This document shows, in pieces, positions 56,127 to 64,000 of a stretch of DNA of 64,000 nt. The DNA is taken from positions 64,001 through 128,000 of the IMG/VR virus record IMGVR_UViG_3300045256_000058, one strand, 5' to 3'. The DNA comes from a virus. The notes beneath the pieces were generated by a model. The model made no database searches. It saw only the letters and a program-made list of their open reading frames with translations, and was not told the origin of the DNA. The stretch's first letter is position 1. Every line of letters begins with the position of its first letter. The translations under genes and the position numbers were made by a program.

Positions 56127-57701
56127 ATGGTCGTGTCAAAATTGAAGAATCTGAAATATTCACCAGCAGTTCCGTTTACTTACACGGAAAATGGTGCAAT
56201 TACATACAAAACAACTGGAAGTGCCGTACTTGACTTATTCTCCAGAGGCGCAGCAATGCGTATGGGAGGTCGGTCTTCTGAGCGTGATATTACGGGCATA
56301 TTTCGACCAGCGTTTCAAGAGAACGCAGCACTCGCTATGGCTACTCTTTTTTACATTCGAGATATTCCTCGTAAAGGAAAGGGTGGGCAAGGTGAACGTA
56401 ATTTCTTTCGTCTTGCATTTACTTGGGTAGCAAATAACTATCCTGAGCTTGCAAAAGAATTACTAAAGTTTATTCCTGAGTACGGAACTTGGAAGGACGT
56501 TCTCTATGCAACTAGAGGTACTCCGGTGTATGAAAATGCACTGAGTTTAATGGGTTATCAATTAGCTGTAGATGCTCTTGCATTGTCAGAAGGTAAAACA
56601 AATATCTCTCTAGCAGCTAAATGGAGTCCAAATGAATCATCAGGAAAACTATCTCAAAAGATGGCAGTTGAGCTTGCTACTCATTTAGGTCTTTCAATGA
56701 AAGGCTATCGCAACTTAACTAGCCCTCTGAGAAAGCATCTGAAGCTGGTAGAAACAGCTATGTCTTCTGGTAATTGGCATGAAATCGATTACGAAAAAGT
56801 GCCTTCAAGAGCTATGAAGATGTATCGTAAAGCATTTTATAAGAGAGATGAATCAAGATTCTCTGCTTATATTGCTGCTGCGGTAATGGGTGCAAAGAAA
56901 ATTAACTCTACTACTCTGTATCCATACGAAATCATTAAGGATTTAATCCCTTATGGTAGACCGATGGCTTACGGGTCATCTACGGATGAAAAAGCTCTGG
57001 AAGCAATGTGGAATGCTTTACCTAACTATCTAGAAGGTCAAGCTCTAAATGCTTTAGTTGTAGTGGATGTGTCCGGTTCAATGGCAGGCGACCCAATGTA
57101 TGTTTCGACATCATTAGGTCTATACGTCGCAGAACGTAACGAACACCCTCTATGGAAAAACCACTTCATTACCTTTTCTGCGGAGCCTAAGCTTCAAAAG
57201 ATTACGGGTAAGAGCTTTAAGGATAGAGTGTCATCATTGTTTAAGAATGCTGGTTACAACACAAATTTACAGGCTGTGTTTGACTTAATTCTTGACAAAG
57301 CAAAATCAGCCAAGCTATCTCAATCAGACTTGCCGGAAACAGTTTATATTGTTTCGGATATGGAATTCGACCAAATCGAAGATGGGTATGGCGGATATGG
57401 CTGGTACTCTTCGTCTTCTGCTGCATCTAAGAAAGCAAAGACTAATCTCTCTGCAATTAGAGCGAAGTTTAAGAAGGCAGGTTACGAAATGCCTAAGATT
57501 GTGTTCTGGAACGTAAGAGCAGCAAATATGCAATCTCCTGCAACCTTTAACGAGGATGGAGTTGCAATGTTCTCTGGACTGTCTCCAACTATCTTTCAAG
57601 CGGCATTGACTGGTAATTTTGACCCACTTTCAGCAATGCTGGAAACGATTGCGTCAGAAAGATACCGTCCAATTATCGATACAACTGTGTCGAGCTTGTA
57701 G
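56127..57701 (+). CDS. Ro60/TROVE-like RNA-binding protein (DUF2828 type) with C-terminal VWA
   Basis: TENGA, LDLF, FYIRD..GQGER, YGTWKD, AAKW, VPSRAM, LYPYE; MIDAS DVSGSM, NTNL and SDMEFD; VFWN. Confidence 0.85.
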   Translation: MVVSKLKNLKYSPAVPFTYTENGAITYKTTGSAVLDLFSRGAAMRMGGRSSERDITGIFRPAFQENAALAMATLFYIRDIPRKGKGGQGERNFFRLAFTWVANNYPELAKELLKFIPEYGTWKDVLYATRGTPVYENALSLMGYQLAVDALALSEGKTNISLAAKWSPNESSGKLSQKMAVELATHLGLSMKGYRNLTSPLRKHLKLVETAMSSGNWHEIDYEKVPSRAMKMYRKAFYKRDESRFSAYIAAAVMGAKKINSTTLYPYEIIKDLIPYGRPMAYGSSTDEKALEAMWNALPNYLEGQALNALVVVDVSGSMAGDPMYVSTSLGLYVAERNEHPLWKNHFITFSAEPKLQKITGKSFKDRVSSLFKNAGYNTNLQAVFDLILDKAKSAKLSQSDLPETVYIVSDMEFDQIEDGYGGYGWYSSSSAASKKAKTNLSAIRAKFKKAGYEMPKIVFWNVRAANMQSPATFNEDGVAMFSGLSPTIFQAALTGNFDPLSAMLETIASERYRPIIDTTVSSL

Positions 57702-57733
57702 AAAAAACTAGGAGGTGAAAGTCCTCCTCTCAT

Positions 57734-57855
57734 GCGGCGTTGGTGTAATGGTAGCATCTAACAGCAAAAACCCCTCTTAGTGTAGAGGTTCAGCAATTTA
57801 ATTAGCTTATTTTCTTTGAACGAAAAAGGAGAGGGTTCGAGTCCCTCACGCCGCT
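57734..57855 (+). ncRNA. tRNA-like RNA with a 51-nt insertion carrying two CAGCAA motifs (element 4)
   Basis: Perfect acceptor stem, D arm, anticodon arm (loop TTTGAAC) and T arm; insertion at 57759-57809. Confidence 0.8.
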
Positions 57856-58899
57856 TACCATTATTAAGGAGGTAATATATGGGTTATCAAACTAAGTTTT
57901 CTATTTCGATAGAACCTATGGATAAGAGTTTGGTTGCATCTCCATCAAATAAGCCACTATTGTTTGAAGAATACACTAACCCTGCCATTTATATTCCCAA
58001 TCAAATCTCAGAAGCGATTGCAAAAGAAATGGGAGTGGATGATATTAGAACATACGATGACCTGCAAGATATGTTCGATAATGATTCTATGAAATGGTAC
58101 TCTTACAAAAAAGATGTTGTAAAAGTGAGTGCTAAGTTTCCTGGCTGGTTAATTACAATTAGCGGAGAAGGTGAGCAAACAGAGGATGTGTGGAATACAT
58201 ATTTTCTTGACGGTAAGTATCAGCACGCACAGGCTGTATTTTCTATCGAACCATTTGATGAATCAAGACTTGTATCCTTGAATCGTATCTAGTAGTAAAA
58301 TATTAGATATACTTCAATTAGGTTACTCGATGAAAGTAGAACAAATTAAACGCATCTGCAAGTCTTTTGGATACAATTCAAGCTTCGTAGTTAATTATTT
58401 TCTAACTAAGAAAGACACTGAAGTACCAGTAGTTACTCAAGTATCTGGGTTAAGAAAGAAACATTGGGAGTATTTTATGAAGAATTATATTACTCCTAAG
58501 TACGGTGCAAGTTTGGATGACTAATTAGGAGTACAAAAATGGCAAATACAATGGTAATTTCATGTTCTTGTGACCATGAATTTCAAAACAATGAATACGG
58601 AAACGGTAAGAGACTAGCCAATCTAAATGAAAAAGCTGGTAAAGCTAACTGTACGGTATGCGGTAAGCAACACATCTACAAAACCCCAAGCACTAAGTAA
58701 ATATGTATGGAATTGTTCCCCCAGGTCTAGAGCCTAAAGTAGAAAACTTTTACAGAGAAGGTACAGATAAAGCTGTACTATTTGATACACTTACTGCCGC
58801 AGTAAAGTACATCGAATCTCTTCCTGTAGCTAATAAGTTTCTCTTCAAGATAGTTTACGTTTCTCTTTCAATCGAAAAAATTATTACGAGGTAATTCAA

Positions 58900-59226
58900 A
58901 TGCGTAAGTTCACTCTTCCTGCCGTAGCAGGTGTTCTCGCTCTTTCTTTGGCTGCATGTGGTCTGTCTGCTCAACAAATTCGTGCAAATGCAATTGCAAA
59001 TGCTAATGATTTTGCTGGTCGTAGTCAAGGACGTTACAGTGTAGTTGATTGTTCTGGTCGTGATTCTGATAAGGAAGGTACTCCTGGTTACGGTTATGTA
59101 ACTTGTACTCTTTTAGATGCGAAGGATAACGGTAAGTCTGTAAATGCAGAATGTGGTTATCTTGAACTTGGTATTGGATGTAAGATTAAGGAAGATAAAA
59201 CTCCTGTAGTCATTCAAAAATCATAG
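58900..59226 (+). CDS. Small Cys-containing lipoprotein
   Basis: Lipobox SLAAC and four further Cys residues. Confidence 0.7.
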   Translation: MRKFTLPAVAGVLALSLAACGLSAQQIRANAIANANDFAGRSQGRYSVVDCSGRDSDKEGTPGYGYVTCTLLDAKDNGKSVNAECGYLELGIGCKIKEDKTPVVIQKS

Positions 59227-59235
59227 TTCAAACAG

Positions 59236-59264
59236 TTGACAACTTCATTCTCAATTGCTAATAT
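59236..59264 (+). promoter_or_regulatory. Sigma70-type promoter with extended -10
   Basis: TTGACA-17 bp-TAATAT, with TG at -15/-14. Confidence 0.75.
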
Positions 59265-59270
59265 AGTAAT

Positions 59271-59341
59271 AAGGATGATTTAGTCATCTCCATTTTTGAC
59301 CTCCGCAACTGGCTCTTAGAATCGACCCTGAGAGCCTTTTT
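59271..59341 (+). ncRNA. Candidate trans-acting anti-RBS small RNA
   Basis: Promoter, 5' hairpin, unpaired CCATTTTTGACCTCCGCA seed, and terminator GGCTCTTAG/CTGAGAGCC followed by T5. Confidence 0.6.
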
Positions 59342-59412
59342 ACTTCAATGGTGTAGTGGTAGCACAGGAGATTCCAAACCTCTTAGCCTGGGTTCGATTC
59401 CTAGTTGTCGTG
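59342..59412 (+). tRNA. tRNA-Trp(CCA), degenerate acceptor stem
   Basis: Loop TTCCAAA; canonical D and T arms; two acceptor-stem mismatches. Confidence 0.7.
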
Positions 59413-59962
59413 TTTTTTTTAAGTTCGGATAATCAATATGAAACTTAAATTTTGGTTTCATTCTCTATTTTGTGGGATTACATTTCGAGTAGGTAAATAT
59501 ACTTTAGGAATGTTTGGAAGTAACAAAAGAGAATATGAAAGAGGCGGTAGTACAGATTTTACATTTGATAACGGTACTACTCGTTGGGAATTATATCTTT
59601 ACAATTACGGCGGTAAGCCTTGTTTAGATACGAACAGTATGCCTAGTTGGTATCACTAATGTCTAAAGAACAAAACAAAGAAGTAAAAACAACAACCCCT
59701 CCTGCTGCCCCTGTGCCCAATGTAACAGTGGTAACTGGTCAAGGACAATCTACAAACGAGGATGAAGGTTCAACTAGAACTGTATATTGGAGTTAAAAAT
59801 GGGTACAAGAGATATTCAGTTAGAAACACTAACTAAGTTGTGGCTTGAGAGAAAAAATGCGGCACTTAAATTACCGGAAAGTGAAGCAAAAATTACTCTA
59901 CTTAAGCTAATTGAAGAAGAAAGAGTTTATTTAGGTATTCCAGAAGAAGCCTAAACAATCTT

Positions 59963-60026
59963 GGAGGGAGTCAGCAATCTAATTATGGATTACAATGTGA
60001 TGTAAAAAACCAAACAAACTTCCTCC
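59963..60026 (+). ncRNA. CAGCAA stem-loop element 5
   Basis: GGAGGGAGT/ACTTCCTCC stem, CAGCAA, inner TTACA/TGTAA stem; 5 nt before tRNA-Gly. Confidence 0.7.
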
Positions 60027-60031
60027 GTTAT

Positions 60032-60102
60032 TCGGGTATGGTGTAATGGTAACATAAGAGTCTTCCAAACTTTTGTTACGAGTTCGAGTCTCGTTACCCG
60101 AT
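60032..60102 (+). tRNA. tRNA-Gly(TCC)
   Basis: Acceptor TCGGGTA/TACCCGA, loop CTTCCAA, U73. Confidence 0.9.
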
Positions 60103-60613
60103 TCGTGAGCCTCTTTCGATGACCTTACGGCAGGTAGAAAGATGTGCCATGAAAGATGGGTCGCCGTTTTTACATAGGTTATACTACTTATGTAAATACC
60201 CATACCAAATCACATTATGTCTGAAACTAGATTGAACTGGTTAAACACTAAAAAAGATTATATTCGTTACCTGTTTGCTCAAGCATTTGGTAATGCGGTA
60301 GCCGAAGTTGTAGCACAAGAGTTACGCTTCGGCTTTCGTATGGAAGACAGATATGAGGATGTAATTAAATCATGCTGGCAAATGGCAGAAACAGCTACAC
60401 AATTATTAGTTACGGAGGATGACGATGGAGAGTCTAGAGGAAAAGATATTTAACTATATTCGAGACAACCTTGACATTAGCCTGGAAAGAAGCTACGATA
60501 GTGATTATGGTAGTTATAATACAGGACTACATCTTACAGTCTTTCTAACAAATCCTAAGACTGGACAGCAAGAAAGAATTATTTCTGAATATGTAACTCT
60601 AGATTAAGAGTTT

Positions 60614-60686
60614 GCTTCTTGATGCAGCTAGTGAAGCGACTTGTCTTACAAACAAGGACTGAGAGGGGCGGAACCTCTAAGAAGCA
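60614..60686 (+). tRNA. tRNA-Val(TAC), non-canonical D and T loops
   Basis: Acceptor GCTTCTT/AAGAAGC, loop CTTACAA, T-loop GGCGGAA. Confidence 0.75.
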
Positions 60687-61164
60687 TATCGAAACCCTGG
60701 TCACAATCGAAATTCATAATGCCCTTGAATAGGAGAGGGAGATAAAGAATTACCAGATGCAGCGTTGTAGAGAGCCTCTTAAGAACAGGACGATACAACT
60801 CTTAGGTGGACGCATAGCTTATGCTGGTTTCGAGAGTATTATTACGGTGACAATTATGAGAGATGATAGTAAGTTACTTTTACAATACTTTCTTCGTCAT
60901 GGAGATGTAGTTGAGAAAGCATTGATTGATTCTGTGACAGAGGGTTCATCGTGGGATAATGAGCTGTCTGTAAATACTTGGTTATTGTCCACAATATTAA
61001 TTGATTATTTTTGGACAAGGTTTGTTAAGTTACTTGAGTCTATTCCCGATGCAGAGGATAGAGACTTATTTATTTCCATTGCAAAGTATGTAGTTGGGAG
61101 TAATTTGGGGTTCAAAGAAGTTTCAACTGAGTTTATTAACAGAAAGATAGAGCAGACTAAACAT

Positions 61165-61245
61165 GCGAGTATGGCGTAATGGTAGCCGCGTCAGTCTTAG
61201 AAACTGATGTCTTCGGGCGTGTAGGTTCGACTCCTATTACTCGCA
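61165..61245 (+). tRNA. tRNA-Leu(TAG)
   Basis: Loop CTTAGAA, variable arm, A73. Confidence 0.92.
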
Positions 61246-61435
61246 TCCCCTTCGTAAATTGCAAACACCTTTAACAAGTGAATGTAATTTATCGGGACAC
61301 ATCACCCTATGTGAGACGTGGGTACTACGGATTCCCAATTTTGTGTAGGTCGTGTAATTCAAAATTGGTGGTTATAACGTACCAAATAGCGCTAAACGTT
61401 AGACAGGGAGTGGAGTCATGAATTCACTCTCACTT

Positions 61436-61508
61436 CGAGCAGTAGTGTAATGGATTAGCACGAAGCGCTACGAACGCTTTAGTTTGGGTTCGAGTCCTGA
61501 TTGCTCGG
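61436..61508 (+). tRNA. tRNA-Arg(ACG)
   Basis: Stem AAGCG/CGCTT, loop CTACGAA. Confidence 0.9.
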
Positions 61509-61688
61509 TTGAGCCAGTACCTCTAAGCTGCTTGCTCACCCAACGACTGTTGAGGGTTACTAGACAGCAGATATTTGATAATTTTTGCTGAGTAAAATTA
61601 TACGCAATACTCATAACTTATACGGTTGTTAGAGGGCTATGCAAAGTTAGGGAGTATGCTTCGACATCTTAAGCACTGTCGAGGCTAT

Positions 61689-61759
61689 GGAGCATAACGC
61701 AATGGGTGCGCGGCTTGGCTTTCAACCAAGTGTAAAGGGTTCGAGTCCCTTATGCTCTT
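61689..61759 (+). tRNA. tRNA-Glu(TTC)
   Basis: Stem CTTGG/CCAAG, loop CTTTCAA; A at position 8. Confidence 0.82.
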
Positions 61760-61984
61760 TTCGGTTTGCGTTATATAGGAGAAACCAGTATGGGAAAAAC
61801 TATTCAAGATTTTCTCATGGAATCAGGAGCGAAATATTCGTCATTGTTAGGTGAATGCTACGAGACTTTCGTTTCAGATGTACTTGAGGGGAATTATGAT
61901 TTAGCTTTAGAATTATTATTAACTTGCTCTTCTGAAAAAGCAGTAGAAGCTGAAAAGGTTATCAGTCTACTGTAGAAGTGATAT

Positions 61985-62035
61985 GCGGGGCTTGTGAGGA
62001 CAGTGTACATTCGGGGTTCGACTCCCCTCCCCGCA
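61985..62035 (+). ncRNA. Anticodon-less mini tRNA-like RNA
   Basis: GCGGGG/CCCCGC acceptor-like stem, GGGG-TTCGACT-CCCC T arm, only ~21 nt between them. Confidence 0.6.
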
Positions 62036-62043
62036 TCTAGTAT

Positions 62044-62115
62044 CTCTGGGATGCCGAAGTAGATAGGCGAAAGATTGCAACCCTTTTGTAGCAGGCGCAA
62101 GTCCTGTCCCAGAGT
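62044..62115 (+). tRNA. tRNA-Cys(GCA), non-canonical D and T loops
   Basis: Acceptor CTCTGGG/CCCAGAG, loop TTGCAAC, U73, T-loop CGCAAGT. Confidence 0.8.
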
Positions 62116-62122
62116 CTTATAA

Positions 62123-62194
62123 CGCAGTGTAGCTTAATGGTAGAGCATGAAATTCATATCTTCAGGGGTGGTAGTTCGACTCTACCCACTGCGA
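62123..62194 (+). tRNA. tRNA with CAT anticodon (Met or Ile2)
   Basis: Acceptor CGCAGTG/CACTGCG, loop TTCATAT. Confidence 0.88.
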
Positions 62195-62207
62195 TTAGGA
62201 GGTAAAT

Positions 62208-62699
62208 ATGTTATTAGATTTGATTCACAAAATTGCGGCATTTTATAAACGAATAGGTAAATATAAAGTTATTATGGGTCGAGAGAATCCAGATAAGCTT
62301 TATTTAGAAAGACATTACTTACTGTTTCCTATGTCCTGGGAAAAGTTTATGCCTTTCAATGTTTATCTACATCGTTTTCATGAGTCTGATGATGAAGCTT
62401 GGAATGTACTTCATGACCATCCCTGGAATTGGATAAGTATTATTCTAACGGGTAAGTATATGGAAACTAAAAAGACTGAGAATGGATTTAGTTTTCATGA
62501 AAGAAAAGCTGGAAGCATTCGTTTTGGTAAAGCTGATGATGCTCACCGAGTAGACTTAATTACTGACCCAGAAGTAGAAGAAATTTGGACAATTTTTATT
62601 ACTGGTAGAAGATTTAGAGACTGGGGTTTTGTTAAAGACGGTCAATGGACATTCTGGAAAGATTATCTGGGTCTAAATAGACAGCACAAGGAGATTTAA
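62208..62699 (+). CDS. Cupin-fold protein
   Basis: LHDHPW...ILTG.Y.E...HRV cupin motifs. Confidence 0.75.
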   Translation: MLLDLIHKIAAFYKRIGKYKVIMGRENPDKLYLERHYLLFPMSWEKFMPFNVYLHRFHESDDEAWNVLHDHPWNWISIILTGKYMETKKTENGFSFHERKAGSIRFGKADDAHRVDLITDPEVEEIWTIFITGRRFRDWGFVKDGQWTFWKDYLGLNRQHKEI

Positions 62700-63556
62700 T
62701 GAAATATGGTTTCGGAGCTAATTACATCCTGCTTACATATTTTGACAGAGTGGTACTATCTTTCGGTAAATTACTTGCTATCTTTAGCCCAAGACACAAC
62801 CCTGATGACTACGATTTCGGAGATACTGTTATCTATTGGAACGGTCGTTTGGTTCTTTATCTTGATTGACGATATAGAGAGTAGAAAGTAATGGTTTACA
62901 ATCCTTTTGATACGATTTGGAAGTTTTCCGTATTTAGATATGACGGAATTTATACTTCTCCTCGCATGAATCTATTTGATATTTATGCGAAGTTACAATC
63001 TTGGTACTCACTTGACGAAGTATCTTATACAGTATTTCTAGCTTCCCTAAAGGATTTACTTCTAAAGGGCGATAGTACAATCAAAGTTGGATACAGTGAC
63101 TACCATATTTTCATTGATGACAATTCTATTAGCACCAATAGCGCAGAGCTTGCAGCAGCATGAGCGAAACATTAACTACGACATCTAATGAAGAATTAGA
63201 TATTGATTCATTATTCGATGAGTTAAATACTCCATTTACATTTCTTCAATTTCTATCTACTGATGGGGAAATGAAACATCATAGATTTGATTTGGTTAGA
63301 AAATTTCCTACTGACCTAGATGTAAATGAAGTTACATATCCCATTAAACATGGTGGTTTTACTGGCGTATGCGTAGGAAGAGATGGTGATGGCTACTTTG
63401 TTGCCTCGGATAGAGCAAGAAGTTTTAGCTTTCCCACTATTGATAGTATTCCAGATGATGTAATACTTCGTCTAGGTCAAACATTTAATCTTCGTCCACT
63501 ATTCTAGTTGTTATGTTGTATCATATTTTGGAAAAGTGAAGTGCTTTTCCTTTCTT

Positions 63557-63640
63557 GGGTAGGTATGCAAATTGGCTGAAGCAACCTGTCTGTAAAACAG
63601 TCGTCCCTGACCGTTGGGGGTTCGAATCCCTCCCTACCCA
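63557..63640 (+). tRNA. tRNA-Tyr(GTA)
   Basis: Acceptor GGGTAGG/CCTACCC, loop CTGTAAA, variable arm, A73. Confidence 0.9.
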
Positions 63641-64000
63641 TTTTCAAGGTGATAATATGAAATTTTTTGATGTAAAACCTAATTGGAATTGGAAAGAATT
63701 CTATTTTGAATTACCCTTTTCAAACGGTAATATTTGGATTGAATGTGACTTAGATAATAACGTTTACTATGACATTAGTATTCGTAAAATGTACAATGTT
63801 AAACCTAAATTTCAACGACTACTTGGAACTAGAGATTCAATGACTTTACTTTCTATTGGATTTTTAATTCCTTTTCGTAAATCTAGTAATGGAGCAATTT
63901 AGCATGTCAGACCCTAAAGAAGAAGCAAAGCAATTAATAGCCCAAGATTTGTCACCGAATCAATATGTAAGCAGAGAAGGTGATGATAGAAACTCTTATC

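Noticed and set aside
55012-60026. CAGCAA elements as a CRISPR array or simple terminators
   Set aside because: Not regularly spaced, only 6-7 nt identical, large internal loops, no U-tracts, and no cas genes in the window.
60110-60145. Hammerhead ribozyme after tRNA-Gly (CGATGA...GAAA)
   Set aside because: The core lacks CUGA and stems I and III cannot be built convincingly.
63555-63656. N-terminal part of ORF 63555..63902
   Set aside because: Overlaps tRNA-Tyr; the real start is probably ATG 63657 (MKFFDV).
1-64000. Stop-codon reassignment
   Set aside because: Long genes are intact in the standard code, all three stop codons end genes, and no suppressor anticodon (CTA, TTA, TCA) was found.

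Overview
This window is 64 kb of a large lytic dsDNA phage, almost certainly a cyanophage because it carries an nblA homologue. Positions 1-22.3 kb are a mostly minus-strand morphogenesis block: prohead protease, Mu-gpF-like head protein, tail-fibre/LamG proteins, terminase large and probable small subunits, and a set of probable internal head proteins that share a short (T/V/I/S)A(N/S)F motif. A switch region at 22.3-22.9 kb opens a plus-strand early/accessory block of small ORFs, including ArdC, MoxR+VWA, KTSC, a tRNA nucleotidyltransferase, a macrodomain, a PTP-like phosphatase, NblA, a dNMP kinase, a Ro60/TROVE-like protein and 11 tRNAs. The most unusual signals are RNA-level. (1) An ORF-poor ~1.8 kb region (23.74-25.6 kb) behind a sigma70-type promoter has nested long-range helices that join its two ends, consistent with a giant structured ncRNA. 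(2) A Ro60-like (DUF2828-type) gene is surrounded by five elements carrying the motif CAGCAA, one of them built into a tRNA body, suggesting a new Y-RNA-like system. (3) A ~70-nt sRNA has an unpaired seed antisense to the ribosome-binding site of a phage gene 9 kb away. All calls come from reading the sequence by eye; no searches or folding programs were run.
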